64,000 bases of DNA from Obrimoposthia wandeli (lineage: Eukaryota): positions 124,001-188,000 of the forward strand of contig CDROCS010003124.1 in NCBI GenBank assembly GCA_977020255.1. The letters are read 5' to 3'. Positions 45,236-60,377 of this stretch are shown piece by piece (the stretch's first letter is position 1; each line of letters begins with the position of its first letter). The position numbers and the translations under genes were made by a program. Below the pieces are notes generated by a model that did not search any database, was not told the DNA's origin, and saw nothing but the letters and a program-made list of their open reading frames with translations.

Positions 45236-47955
45236 TCTAATTGGGTGGCTCTGATTTGCTAGTAAAAAGTCCATCTCGTCAGGATTTTGAGATATCGACA
45301 TAATCAGAAAACACATTTTATACATAAAAAACGATTTGACATATGAAACCATATATATTTCGTTATGACAATTACTTATTAGGCAAGTTCTGTTGCAAAA
45401 ACATAAAATACTTGTATCGGTTGAAAATGGATTCTTAGTTGCGAACGAAAGCCAAATATTTCAGTTTGTCGTTTAAGAAGATTGAAATATCTTACTAAGT
45501 CGTTGAAATGACCCTGACTTATTAATAAAGGTTCTCCAGACATCGGCCTTTCTTAATCTCTAACTGTAATATCATTGTTCATCAAAATCTCTTTTGTATC
45601 TACTTCCTATACAAAAATTTTGCAAATTAAATAGAGATATAATTAAATTATTAATACATAAAGTCATTATTTTTTTGGACTTGTATGTAAATTAAAAGTA
45701 TTTTTATAGAAATCAGAATGCAAAAATGTCCCTAAAATGTTTTTATCAGAGAGAAACTTTTCATGTTGCGCTGTATTTGTGAATCTTGGACGTTAAGATT
45801 TTTCTCTTCTAATTTTAAGATTTATATATTATACAGTTTAGTTGAAGATGATGTTCTAATAGTATTTTTTGGAATTTTTAAAATAAAAATAGATTTGAAT
45901 CAATTTTTAGGTTTTTGATAAATTTTTGAGTTTGTTTCTGTCAATATTATTATAAAGTATTTGAGTAAATTTATAAGAAATAGTTAGTTTTTCTACGTCA
46001 GAGCCCAGCAATCCTGCAATGGGCCTTGACCCTGCTTATAAAAGGATTCCAACACAATTGGGACATTCCGCTGATTCATGTTCACTTAGATGACATTTCA
46101 TAATTGATAGACCAAAAGCACAAATGTGGGATTAGATTATATTTCATTTCGAAACATGTGATCTACAGATCATCCATGAGAAGTCACTGTTAGTCCTGGT
46201 GCATGTGTTCATCGACCTAATGGCGCAATACACCGGCCATTCGGAGGAAAATGGCGCACATGCGATGACGTAATCCAATGTTTCAAATCTTTTTTCTCTA
46301 AATTGACTACTTTTTTAAAAAAAATAACTATTTCCTATAAATTTACCCAAATCTTTTTCTTTTATAATATATTGACCGAAAAAAACTTATAAATTGACCA
46401 AAAAATCCAAAAATAACGAACTAAATTAAATAAAATCTTATAAATTGACCAAAAAAACCTATTATAACGAAAATCATTTTCAACTAAACTAAATTATTTA
46501 AAATTAAAATCTTATAAATTGAACAAAAAAAACCTTGTAGAAAGAATACCATCTTACGCGAAATATCTTATAAATCTTAAAATTAGAAGAAAAAATCTAA
46601 AAGTCTGAAAAGTCCTACTTTAAAACAAAACGTCCGCGCACCATTATTTGTGTACTATATTTAAATTTATATGCATATATACGACCTCATATAAGTGAAA
46701 CAAAGTACAAAGAAAAAAGGGACAATCTTTAAGAAGCTGTTTTCAAATTATAATTATTGAACTACTGTCATGTCAATCTAGCTTATTTGGTCATTTGTTA
46801 TTCATTTGAGCTAGACTGAGTAGAAAAAATACGTGGTTTATAAATTTCATTCACATATACGATTTTAAATGTAATAGTTTCTAAAATATATTTTTAATTC
46901 CTTCAGTGAAAATTTAGAAAGTCACAAAAAATTTGGGTAATTTTAAAACAGTGATGGTGAAGCTTTTTCCACGGTTTGGTCAAAGATCTATTAAGGAATT
47001 TGTAATAAATTTAACACAAATAATTTATAAAAAAGTACCTAAACCTTAGAAACATTAAGATTTGCTGCCAAGTTCAAACAAAATTCGTTATAGAATAGTT
47101 GAGTAAAGTAATTAGTCGACTTAATTATTAAAACTATATATGCTATTATTTCAGGAAGTTTTAATCAGACTCTAATTCACGCTTTATTAACCCACTTCAA
47201 CACAAAAAGATAACTAATACAGAATGTTGAGAACACAGTAGAAAAGACTAAACCGTCAAAAGTTGTATACAGTATTTAACAACATGTAGTCAATAGGTGT
47301 CTGTATAAAATTATCGCATATGTCGCTTTTAATGCGACCATGAGCTATTTATTTAAATCGATAGTTTCCTCTTTATTAAATCAATGTTAAATGGATTATC
47401 ACGTATGTGGTGTGAATAAACCAAAGTAACAGTTGGCTTCCAACTCATTTGGCACCTGAAAGGTAAGTTTTATATTTGAATGGATATGATGCAATTTAGA
47501 ATTCAGTGTAGTGATTTAAACGTAAATATCACAATATTAAATCGAAATTCCGATAAATGGGTTGGAAACAGACTATTACTTCAGCAAATACACAGAACAC
47601 ACGAAGTAATATATTTAAAATTGTTGTGATAAATGTATACCTGAATACAGGTAGGATTTCACAGTACATTTTACGATCATACGATTTTGGTCTCCAACTG
47701 TACGATTTTAGAAAAAGTTAAAATATTTTGTTGAATTTATTTTGTGAGAAAGGTAATATAACAAATAAATATAAAACAATATTAAAAGTTTTTAAATAAT
47801 CGTAGAATTTCAACATTTCCAAATGTTATCTCAAAATTATTAAATATATTGATTAATCACGTATGAATTTTGTACTCATTAGTTAGTTGAATTTACTGTA
47901 TAATGAGTGCCCTTGCGAGAAAAATAAAGTATAATCAAACCTACAGTCTTACAGT

Positions 47956-48126
47956 ACAACGTTAGAACTGACAATTCCACAATGTAATGCTTCATGTGAA
48001 CGTATTTTCTCACAAGTGGGAAAAATAAAAGTATACACTGACGCGCTTCTGGTGGTGAAGAACAATAGGGATTTTGATCCATTCATGAAGTATTCTGTGG
48101 AGAATCTTCGTAAGGGTAAAAGTTAA
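47956..48126 (+). pseudogene. hAT transposase C-terminal dimerisation fragment
   Basis: LTIPQCNASCERIFSQVGKIK motif. Confidence 0.65.
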
Positions 48127-51100
48127 TCTTTGAAACAATACTGATAATTATTTTCTCAATATACCTGCACTTATATAGGATTCTTTTTAAACCTAAACAC
48201 ATGTATTTATTGTACGATATTGTACGATTTAGTGTCAGCATTTATGGCAATTAAATTATTTGAGTAACCAGGTTCGAAAATAAAAATCCCATCGATTTAA
48301 TGATTAACTCATTATTTTTACACATACCTAAATAGTCAAGACATTCACCATCAATTTTAATAATTACACTTTTACGAAGAGAATCGGTTTACTACCAGGA
48401 ATCTTAATTCACTTTACTTTTACCATTACAATAAAAAACATCTTGTTGTTTTCTACTTTATCTTAAAACCTTTGCTAAGCTTGAAGCTACATGAAAAGTT
48501 TATAAAAATAAAAAAAAACGAATAGTTAGTACAAAACGTATGGCTTAAAGTTGGATAAATTATCCCTAAAATTATTTCTATGCTTCTAAAATTGTAGTTG
48601 CATACTAACGGACTTGAATATTTCAAATATTAACATCTTAAAATATCATAAGAAGTATCTCGAACATAAGTAAACAAGCTACTTTTTGAAACGTAAATAT
48701 TGAATAGACGAAAGGAGTCTCAACGTATTTTATACAAAAGTTTGTCTATTCAGAAGATGATGTAATATTTTATGATATATTACGAAATACATTTTGTCAG
48801 TTCTAACTCAGCCCACCGAGGTGGGGTAAAAGTAAACACAAAATGCCATGGTACTCAATCTGTACAAAACCCAAATTTGATTTTGCTACTCTGGACAATT
48901 TATCAAAAATTCTTGGAATAGTTTTCCGTAATAATCACGATTTAGTATTTCGTGTTAGCTCATTTATGTGACTTCGCACCGCAGTCGATTCTTTGTGTTT
49001 GTATTCTTTTGACCTGACATTTTTCGATCCGAAACAAATAATCAATGACTAAATTGTAGATTTCAAAACTATTTACAGTTTTTCAATTTTCAATTCATCA
49101 AAAATACCTTGATAAATCGTCTTATAACATTTTTGTGTTTCTTAGAATTTTTTATTCTTTGGTGATTCATTTGCCACTTGTCTGTTTGTTGGACCTCATT
49201 AAAAGTATTAAAAAACATTGATTGTTAGTAAATTAAAACTGATTAAGCAGATGTTTAATTTTGTAAAATAATGTTTACTCATTATATTTGTAGCTGTATC
49301 AAATCATAAGAAACGATTTTGAATTCTAATTATGTATTATTCTAGAAGATTTATTTAACATGATATAACAATAATATATTGATGTATAGAAAAATATTTA
49401 ATAAATCTGATTTATTACTCAAAAGTGCTTCCTGTTTTCCACTATTCTTCGTAATTTTTCTGAACTGCAAAGATTTGAATTTTTAAACATTGTTACAGTT
49501 TCTTATAATCATCCGTAAAATAGTTTCGGAGCATACATTTAAAATATTCCATCACTCAGTTGGTTATTTGAGAATTTCCTTATCAATATGCAGTGTTCAT
49601 CGTTGCTCCTAATATGTATATTCATGCTCACTGCACCAGACTCGAGAAGATCATATAAATATTTGAGCTTTTATGAGATTACATTTTTTATAATTAGTAT
49701 AATCCTGAATTCAATTCTGACATTGATCAGCAGCCAATGGAGCTTCATTAAATGTTCATTTGTATAACATTTTTCTTTGATTATAATATAATTATTGGAG
49801 CTTTCTTTACAAGCGATTTAATATAAATATTCATGTTAGGTTTGTGTGTAAAGGAAGAAAATTATAGTGCTTTAAAGTAATAGTTGGAACAGATAATTAA
49901 TTTTTTTTTAAACTTTCTAAAATTAGCACATGGTCATTTCCATTTCAGAGCTAGATTATTTAATTTATTTTCAAAGTGTATTTAACAATTTATTGTGGCT
50001 AACAAGTAAATTTCAATTTCCCGAAAATGTTCCAGAGCGATTAAATACTTCATAGTTACTAAGTAATTTTACATGTGATTTCAATGAAGAAACAAAAATT
50101 TACAGACCGTCGAATTTCCCCCAAAGATTTTAACTTTTTATATGTGTGATGAAATCGTTTCAAATCGAATACATGACCAAATTTCTAGGCCTCAGATAGT
50201 AAGCAACAATTCTTTTAGTTAATGGTGTCGCACAGAAAATGGAAATGCTTATTTTCTATCATAATATGGTGTTGGTAGATGTTTAATGTTTAGCATTTTT
50301 GGCAATGAGTTGATTATCTCAAATACAAGATAACATACACTTTACTGTCGTTATAAGACTTCTTGTTATAGTGTCCTATTCATTGTTTGTCCATAATGTT
50401 GGATAAACAAATGGATCACCACATACAATTTTGATTTCCACCATCTGACAATCAGTTCTAACAGCCATATGCATTTTTAGTACTGAGGCATATAAGAATC
50501 AATTAATTCCCAAAAGTAAAACGCGCAAAATATATGTCAATATGTTTTGGATCTAAATTGTTCTTTTGTTATCAGTTTAATTAGAACTATAAGATATTCC
50601 GCAAAAATAAGAATACGAAAACGGGCGTTATAATGAAAGTAATTTGTAGTGTACATAGTGCCATAAATTGCAACAAAATCATTTCAAACTTGGTTAGTGA
50701 TGCCGAATGATAATTACATGCGATTTCCCTGACATTTGGCCCTAGAATAATCTGATGTAATAATAAAGTCTGTAAAAGATTCATTTAAAAAATATCTCAA
50801 ACGTTTTCACATTGAAACAATACTATATGAATCTGTCGATTTACATGACGGTAATTGTACGTGCCAAAGAGCTGGTCAGTAGAACAAGGGATCGTACATA
50901 CGGATTATATATGAATGCTTGGTTTATTAATATTACTGCGATTATATATTTATTCTCTGATGAATTTTCATTTTTTTAATATGCTTATTAAAGCAAAAAA
51001 TCTGTATAAAAATGTGAAAAATATTTCTTTGAAATTTAGAATAATATATTTATATATATATTAAAATTGAAAAATAACCTTAGCACCAAAACCGATTATT

Positions 51101-51769
51101 TGTACGATACATTATCCTTTTATGACTACAAAATAATTGTTTGATCCTCAATGTGTAACGTTGCTATCTTCGGTAACATATGGTGTAATCAGCTAAAATT
51201 ATCAAGAAAATAATTACACAACCACCAATCAGTCAATATAAACCCAATTTGACATTTTGGTAACCCTTACACAAACTCTAAGCGTTTACTCGAAACTGAT
51301 TTCAAGTCCAGAGTTATAATGGAGCTTGAGTAAACAGAAATTTTTGAGGTTGAGTTGAATCATATTATCTGTAACCTCATCAGTATAGCAACGAACATTT
51401 CCAACAAGATGTTTATGTTTTTATGTATTATTACCAATCAATAAAAAATTTAGTACTCCAAAGGATATTTATATTAGAACTGTTTTTATATTGGATGTAC
51501 ACATCAAATTAAAATACAATGCTTCAAATTAATTTTTCTTCTGTGGGTATACAATATACATTTACATGGTACGTTTTTGTAAAATGTCCTTTAGAAAATA
51601 CAGCCAAGCCTGTGTAACGTGAACATTTGTTAATGTGGATGTAAACAATACAAATTTTATAATGTTCATATTTTAATGAATTTTTTAAAGATTTTGTTAT
51701 GTTGTTAAGGCCTATACTGTGAACATTTATTTAAAAAAAATATATATGACTGTGTCAACATTTCTATTT

Positions 51770-51952
51770 ATGACCTTAGAAAATAAATCCATCGTTGATA
51801 AAGTATGCGACCTCACAAAGGTGAAGCAATTAGAAGGTGAACGTTTCTCAGCGTTCAGCATGAGAGTTAGAAAACTCGTTGAGGCCAAGTTAGAAAACAA
51901 TGTTAGCAAAGATGAGCTGACTGACTCTTCTAAGAAGGAACAGTTTCTTTAA
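51770..51952 (+). pseudogene. Retrotransposon gag capsid fragment
   Basis: VKQLEGERFSAFSMRVRKLV resembles the QxxxExxxxFxxRxxxL motif. Confidence 0.4.
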
Positions 51953-54900
51953 AACCACAGATGCCAAAAGAAGAAGTAAAGGTTTATAGTAAAATGGAGA
52001 AAAATATATTTATCTATGATTTAGCGTTTTTTGGATATTTTTAAGGATTCAGTCGAACCTTGGTAATATGAACATCAAAATTATAATTTTTGGGAATGTT
52101 TGCGGTAAAATATGTTTATGTTTTGCAGCAGTAATATGACCCGATTTAAGATTTTATTATGTTGCAATTGTAATGGATATTCTCACCTCACTAGACCGGG
52201 AGCTCCAACAGTATACCAGCTTCCAGGTCGAGTAGCTGCAGCAATCTTGCCATGAAGAGTGGGGTGCATTTCCGTCACATGAAGTACAGCAAGATATTTA
52301 GTGGCCTGTCTAAGCTCAAGTTTAACTCCAGCACGGAAATCTACAGCAACTACTTCCAAGTAGCCAAGTCAGCCATCAACAAGGTCAGTACGAGCACATC
52401 TGCATAATTTGTTCATAACAGTTCTGTAATGGGCATTAAATAGCTGATGTCTGCATTGTTTTCATGGCATATTTAGAACTCTAGGCATATAAAAGCTCAT
52501 TTCAATGCAAGTGTATATATATAAACGAAGATAATAATGGTGCATTTAGTTATTTTTATGAGACCACATATGGTGATTTTATGTATATATATACTCTAAA
52601 TCCAAAAATGTAACTAAATTTTTTTGAATCCCTTCTGCATTTTAAACACTGTTAACACAAAATTAGGGGAAAAACATACATGTAATATACATTGGTATAG
52701 TTAAAATAATTTGTTGTCTGAAAATTGACTTCTTTTAATGAAGCGAAACTGCTATATGACTCTATTTCTCCTTTTGTCATAAATTCATATCAAATCATAT
52801 AATTTTCACACCCTTCCTGTTAGAATTATAAATTTATCTGACCATGTTTTCCCACTAAAAATGATGGGCTACACGATGATGATAAAATTAACTACTCAAA
52901 AGTTCATACTATCGCTACAAGAGGTATCAATATCAGTTGACTATCTACTCTAAAAGTGTTATTTTACAAAAAACTAGATTTGATAGCAAAAAAGTTAAAA
53001 AAGAGTTTTTGAAATCAGCACCAAAAAGTTTACAGAATATTATATTAAATTTTTGTAAAATAAAATCACGTATAGTAGTGTAATAAAACTATGCATATTA
53101 AACAAATGTTATTTTCGACATTTCTTTCATCTACTTGAACGTATATTTGTATTCGTTAATGAAAACTAATTTAATGATTATGGAATAATTATAGTGTTAT
53201 CTTTTGAGATAAATTTGTTAAAAGCTTTTTTAAATATTGAATAGTTTTCAGTTTTAGCAGATAGACTTTTTTTTCAAATGCATCCACATGTGAGGTCTGG
53301 GAAACTTGTTGTTTTTCAGCCTAACAATAGAACTCTGTCCCTCTGAACTAGCTCCTGATGGAGAGGGCTTGCACATTATTCAGGCAAAAGTCAGTCATGA
53401 AACCTAAGAGTCCCCGTTGCTATGTACGCGAGGAAGACGTGTTTAGTGTCTTCTCCCTTTTCACAATTTTTATTATATGATATAAAAATTTAGAAGAAAT
53501 TATGTATTCAGAAAACATTTAAATTACCTCAGTTATTGAATTAAATTATGGTTTTACATGTTAAAAAAACTCAAAATCTCCCTATGTTTGTTAAATATCC
53601 TTAATTATACAAATTTAAATATTCCAAATAATCGAAATTGTAAAAAAGTGATAACTAAATATTTGCTAAAAAATCAATACGTTATGTAATAAATAGTAAT
53701 ACAATGATGATAGTAGTATAATATTATTTAGCTTTATTTTGGTGAATTTCATCGTCACACAACAGTTAAAATTTATTTCGATTGCTCACTATTTGTAAAA
53801 TTTATGCACTCAAAAAAATATTCTCAGTGAAACACTTTCCTTTACGATTTACGTGTTCCATAGGTAGATGGAACGTCAAATTTTATAAAAGAACTCAATC
53901 TTATAAGAATAATGTGCTCTTTTGTTATCAGTGGAAAAGTTCTTTTAAGTAATGAATTAACGATTTTTTTAAACGAAATTTTCCTTTAATTTTACCGTCT
54001 TCCACGGCTTAATTGAATGGAATATTTTATAAATGAACGCTTTAATATAGTTAAATAATTACGCTTTTAGTTTATCATAATAGAATGTGTTCTCACAAAA
54101 ATAACTCATCATTGTTTATTCTAAGTTCAATTTTCATGGCTCTATTTTTTCCGATAATTAATTGTGTTTCTCAACAGGTTTGACCTCTGAGAACACTGCA
54201 AAATTTGGAAAATGTTGATTTCTTTTGCCACTTTTATGATATATTAATGTAGACATTTCTTTTCATTCCCATTTTTGGGGTGGGGGATTTTAGCTAACAC
54301 ATAATCATTGTATTGCATATGCATGTTTTTTGACTGTTTTGGTCTTAAATAGCTTCAGGTTATTATCTAATTTAATAAGTCTATACCATGAATGCTAGGG
54401 TTTATACTATGCTCACGTATGCCGAGAAGATTACCACGAACAAAGTAAGAAATGATAATGTACTGTTGTATCGATCATGCGATCATTTTGTGTAATATAG
54501 ATATGTGGAATTAATTGCGAAGAAATGATTGATTTGGAGATCTTAAGCTTAAATGAAGAATTCATAATGGGGGAGGGGTATAAAGATCTTGAAAACAAAT
54601 GATATTTCAGCCATAGTTATAATGATTGTCTCAGGAAATCTCGAAAGTATGCCTACAGAAACTAGTAAAGAAACCCGATTGTACAGTATTATTTTCATGT
54701 CTGACATGTTAGTACTTACGAGGGCAATTTTTGAAATCTAAATAACAAATCTTCTTCATATTTACAAAATAATCTAAATAAGAAAGTTAGTAACAATGTT
54801 AAATATTAGGTTCTCGAAAACAAATGTTTGATATGTTAATAAATCAAATGATTAAACTAAAACATTATTTTACCGTTTAAATATTGCCTTCCTTAGGGTT

Positions 54901-55850
54901 TCATCAAAATAAATATTACAAATTTTTTTGATGGTTATTTAACTTTTTTTATAGGAAAACTCAAATGCAAGTCAATTTATTTAATTATTTCTTATTATCT
55001 CGAGGCGAAATATGTTGATTTATTTTCTCCTTAAATGATATGAGTGGGTAATTTGTAGGTAGTTAGCATTGTGTTGCAATATATATGGTGTGGGTTATTT
55101 ATTATGCATTAAGTAACAAATTAAAAATAGAAAACGGGTTCAGTCGGATGTGTCAAAAGTCGGAAAGGAAATTAAAGTAAATTGTGATATTAAAAATTTA
55201 TCTTACAAGGAAAAGTTTCGCACGGTCATGAAAAGAACTCAGTGAAATTTTAGTATATGATAAACATAATATATTGCAATATTAAAAATGTAGTTTTAGC
55301 TGCTATTTATTTATAATAAAAAAAGTTATATGTATTAAACTTTTATAAAATACATTTTATGATTTGGTTTAATTGAAATAATTTAAATCCAAAAATTTAA
55401 GCGCACTAGTTGAAATAGTGTTGCGAATTTTAAAATCCAATAGGAATTTGGTAAGGTTTTATTTTAAAACAATAACAATTTAATATTTTAGGTAATTCAT
55501 TTTTATTTGGTATTTATTCATAAAATCACGTTAGTGTTTCTATAATTTAATATATTTAAACACATTTATAAATTTATCACATAAATATTTCTTTCGATAA
55601 CTTTTTATATACTGAAAACTAGCAGATAATGAAATTACTTTTATATGTAGAATTCGTTTCATAATTTTTATACAAATTGCGAACTACTAATTTTTATGAC
55701 ACCTAAAGTACGTTTCCTTGTTAGAAAAAAAGCTGTCTGATTATATAAATCAAGAGAATGTTGGGCAAATGTTAGTCTGATGTTTTAACCGGAAACAGTT
55801 ATAGGTATGTATCGATATTAGGCCACACCAAATTGCATCTCATTTCAAGT

Positions 55851-56880
55851 CTAGGATTTCTCTCCCGAGTTTCCGGGATCTCGGTCAATTTTTACTTTTC
55901 ATTATATCCTGGGATAAATTGAAACGTCCCGAGAAATCCCGGGATTAATATATAAACTTTTTTTCAATATCTTGCATCAGAAATACATGAATACCCATTA
56001 TTATTCCGTTTTACAATATTGTCACAACTTGAAAACAATTTCCTATTTTTAGTTGGAATTTGTTTTGCTTCTTCTCACGTTATTTTTCCTGCTAGAACTT
56101 GTAATTGCTCAAAGTCTCACAATCTATGCTGTGTGCTGTATTGTGAGAGCGTGTAATTTACCATGATAATGTTATTGGTGCAATTGACTAATTGTGATCA
56201 ACATCGCATTAATGAGTAGAAGCCAAATCATCATCGAAGCAGATTAGCAAGTGTGTACTCTGATTACCCTCTCATTTTAATATCGAATTCCGTGCAGTAT
56301 TAATAGTATGCTTTTTTATTTCCTTCAGTCTGATAGCCACCAAACAATATGTCAGAATCTTTTGTATGGAGATTTTCAAGAAACAAATACAAGAAGAATC
56401 TGTAGTATGTAAAGAATGTAAAACAACAATTAAACGTAACAGTTGGTCGACGAATTTGGCTTATACGTAAACTGAGCAGCAAACATAACATAGTGAAGCC
56501 AGATGCAAACCGCTCAAGCGAAGAAACAGAAACACTACCTAATATCAGCAAGTGACAGGCCTGCCAACAAATGTTATCTTTCTTAAAACACATGGGAGTA
56601 ACCGCAGCATTTAACACCTTTGTTTTTTGAAAACTTTTCTTAAAAAGTTTCAGGGAACACGGGAAAAATTTGATTATATATAAAATGTATGCCTAACTTT
56701 ATTCCAAACATAGAACCGATGTCATTGAGAGATTCAAGGTCGTTTTTATAACTGCTTACATTTCCTCATTCAGTTTTTCAAAATGCTATATATTGTAAAT
56801 AAAATATCTCGGGAACTGACCGGATCCCGGGATAACACGGTTTTGTCTCGAATCCCAACACAAGCAAAAGTGGCCAATAG
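55851..56880. mobile_element. Probable degenerate hAT-like element
   Basis: Inversely oriented ATCCCGGGA/CCCGAG motif clusters at both ends; minus-strand GSVSVSSLERFASG resembles the dimerisation motif. No TSD confirmed. Confidence 0.4.
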
Positions 56881-57023
56881 GAGAAACCCTAGTCTACATC
56901 TTGCATTAGTACCATTAAGGGATTTTAGAATGTTTCAGAATGTTCTGTTATTTTATGTACAAAAATAAAAATATTCATACTACTATTTGTTCGCATTACG
57001 TAGCGTTATAAGATTATGTGTGA

Positions 57024-57581
57024 GTGCTTACTAAAAGCGTTATGAACCCTTACAAGAGATGGGTGGGTCATAGAAAATTCAAAAATCCTGGATACATAAT
57101 TTGTGAGTGTTCACTATTGAGTGCGTTGACTATTGAGTTATTTTCTCCCATAATGCCGAAGAAACACTACACATTGCAGATTGCCCATGTCCGTGATGCT
57201 GGTGGCGCGACGGGCGGGCTCTACATAAAGATACTTGCCATGCTCGATGACGACGAACCTACTGAGGTTGTGTGTCATCTGGTGCCGCGCGCCGTGGCCC
57301 GCATCAGCGACTTCTGTCGACTTAACTGGCCATTTCCCGATGACTTCAAGGAGGCCTGGTTAGACGCTGATCTGGGGACCAGTAGCACCATTCCCATCAA
57401 GCCTTTCCTGGACTGCCAGGCGTTCGAGCTTGTGAAATGGCTAGCGGAACTCTATGGAAAGCCCCTGATCACGAATGAGCAATGCGACTTTCTCGACATC
57501 TCAGCAGCATCTTTCATCTCCACGTGCGTGAAACTGCTTAACTATTCATACTTCATTTCCAATCAAATCAGTGTTCATTGA
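57024..57581 (+). CDS. Unidentified ORF on a GC-rich island
   Basis: 185-aa ORF. Counted 35/60 and 38/60 G+C in 57181-57300, against strongly AT-rich flanks. Confidence 0.4.
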   Translation: MLTKSVMNPYKRWVGHRKFKNPGYIICECSLLSALTIELFSPIMPKKHYTLQIAHVRDAGGATGGLYIKILAMLDDDEPTEVVCHLVPRAVARISDFCRLNWPFPDDFKEAWLDADLGTSSTIPIKPFLDCQAFELVKWLAELYGKPLITNEQCDFLDISAASFISTCVKLLNYSYFISNQISVH

Positions 57582-58249
57582 GCATAAAATAGTTACCTTT
57601 AATTCTCGCCAAAGCCTACCGTACAGGGGGACTCAACATTGTATTACTAAGAAGTTCTTGCATTATTAGGAATTCAAGTTGTAACAATTGTTTGAATCAC
57701 CCTATGTGTACTCACAGATAAAACGATTTGATGTCTTGTATTTTAATAATGTTGGATATGTCTTTACAGATTTTGTTTTTAATATACATATAGGTAGTAG
57801 AAATAAATGAAACCTTCCTATTCATTATCATTTGAATCTCCACTACACACAGATGGCCACGAATCATTGCATAATAAACGGACAAAATTCTTGAATAAAT
57901 TTTATGTTCTAGACCGTCAAATTGACTCTAATTTTATCCAAAGTTGTCATCCCCATAGAATAAGTGAGACGAAGAGAATGTCCGTGTTGGTTTTTGTGCA
58001 CACTCTTACAAGGAAACGACCTCCACCTAAAATCACAGATTCGATCGAAATTTATACAACAGTTGGTTATAAAAACATTTTTTATTAAATAACCAGATGA
58101 AACGGATATCGGTTCATAATATGGCTACCAATATAACCTGTTTTTCTTTTAAAGCTATAAAGATGATTTATAAAATAATTGGTTAAGTGGCTTTTTAATT
58201 GGGATTCGTGTCGGGTACGCATTTCAAATAGTGTGAAAGATTATTGTAG

Positions 58250-58460
58250 AAAATGAAACGTTCGTTGGATTGTGATACCAGACACGAGAATTAGAAATAT
58301 ATCGAACATTTAAAGATAGAGTATCAAAATTTAGAAATTGATGGTCAAACTCGGACAATAAACATCCCAGTCAGGAAATTGTCAATTCGTGTGTGGACGA
58401 TGCGTGGAATGAAGTGTCAATTCACAGCACTATCAACTCCATCAAATCGGGAGTCTCGAA
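58250..58460 (+). pseudogene. pogo/Tigger-like DDE transposase fragment
   Basis: KHPSQEIVNSCVDDAWNEVS...INSIKSG resembles the C-terminal WVxxAWxxV motif; heavily broken. Confidence 0.4.
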
Positions 58461-60213
58461 TCTCGAATATTTTATATAACAAAGACTGAGGTTTATGGTG
58501 AATTAATTCAATTCAGAGAATTACAACCAGATCAATCAAATGAAATTCAATTTGAAGAACCATTTGAACAGGAATTTTGGATATTGCTGATAAATATAAT
58601 AATTCAGCTATAATTAAAAAAATTGATTTTTCAAATCTTTTCTACCATTTTTTATTTTTTCAACACTTTATAAATATAATAATGGCTCAGTTTCCAATTT
58701 TTTGATTACATTGTCTATTATTATGCTCAGCGATATCCGTTATATATCAATTTAAGAGGAGTTTTGATAACTAATTGTTTATTAAATAGCAATTATTTCA
58801 ATTTTCAAATAATCCAAATGGATGCCAAAAATTTGTTGCACTTTAAAGTGCTTCGTGTGTTTGTGTTTCAGGCTGTAATATCCCAAAGGTTGTTTTTGTC
58901 AGTGGCCAGTTGTAAAGTCAAAATGGTTTGAGAAAATTAAAAAATAGATATGATTTTATGTTTTAACAAGAAGAATTAATGTAATTATAAAGTTTTCGGA
59001 TTGTTCTATATTTCTTTTGTTGATATTTTTAACGTATTTTTTACATGTTTAGTAAAAATTAATTAATAAAATCTACAAATATTAAACAAAATTTTAATAT
59101 ACAAGTAATTTGTGCCTGCTGATCAATTTCACATGTTGGTTCTTTTAGTTTTGAAAATGAAAATTTAAAAAACTTATGAATGTATTACTTATAAATTTAA
59201 ATAATCTATAATTTTAAGAATTTGAATTTTGAATCTTAAGACTGAATTTTTTTAATGTTTTCAATTTTAAATACAACTGAACGAGTTACTTTAGATATTT
59301 TTAAATTGTTTTGTGATTTATTCTTCCCAATCACAGGCACCACAGATCGTTCATGGAAGATACCATCAGTATCACTTCACATGATACTTTCAAAACGCCG
59401 AAAACTACAAAGGTAAATTGAAATAATTTCTTGTCATATTTACTTAGATGATAAAGCAAAGAGAGTTGTGGGTTAATTTTTTATTACATATATAGTTTTT
59501 ACAATTTTAATAGTATTTTATTTACATATCTATTTAAATACTGAGTTGATTGTTTTAATTAATTTTTTTATAAAATTCTTGAAATTATTCATATATGCAT
59601 ATAAGAATCGTTCTAAAATAATAATATTGCCAAGCTTTCAGCTAGTTTAAATAATAAAGCTGACCAAAATAGTACTGGTTCTTATACTATATTACGGTCT
59701 ACTAAACTTTATGGCTTAATTCAAAGACGTGTGGGAGTTGAGTCCCCTTCAAAAAAACAACTGAATGCCGATTGTTTGATACGTTGAAAGAATAATTGTT
59801 TCTCAGTTTTATTTAATAGATTTTTTAGATATTTAGGCTATATTATGATCAAATAACATATTTATATAGCACTGGAATTCAATAGCGTATCCAAACATTG
59901 TTTTATATGATCTTTGAAACTGGAGCGTGGTGGTACATAATTTATTTTAGTTTGGACTAGATGTCACATGTTTTTTAAATATGAAAATTTTCAGCATTAT
60001 TTTCAGCATTTTTCATTTTCTTACAATTTCTGATATAACTTTACACAGTTAACTTCAGATATTCTGTCTTGTTTTTAATCAAAGTTTTCACTGATTGTTG
60101 AGAGTTCTTTTTATCACAGTCACATAATCTGTGCATTCCTTCCATTTAAAATATCCAGCAAATAATTTGATTTCTCAATAATTAAAACAATTTTGAATTC
60201 AATTCGGGGTTTA

Positions 60214-60377
60214 CAGTAATTATTCACCTGTAAGGGTATTCATTAAAACATGTTTTTGAGAGAGACCGACACCGAATCACTTATAGATGTCACCGGGCAC
60301 CCTTATAGGTGAAGCGTGAAATTTTCGGTGACAGGACACCCTTATAGGTGGGACCCCTTATAGGTGAATAATTACTG
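60214..60377. mobile_element. Tc1/mariner-pogo type MITE (164 bp)
   Basis: TIRs CAGTAATTATTCACCT(G/A)TAAGGG, with TA on both flanks (60212-13, 60378-79) and internal CCCTTATAGGTG repeats. Confidence 0.9.

Noticed and set aside
52195-52400. Possible isolated exon (AMKSGVHFRHMKYSKIFSGLSKLKF)
   Set aside because: Not recognised, and no neighbouring exons could be linked.
43400-57000. Long AT-rich tract searched for RNA genes or hidden structure
   Set aside because: Only scattered transposon scraps were found; no tRNA, rRNA or ordered pattern could be supported.
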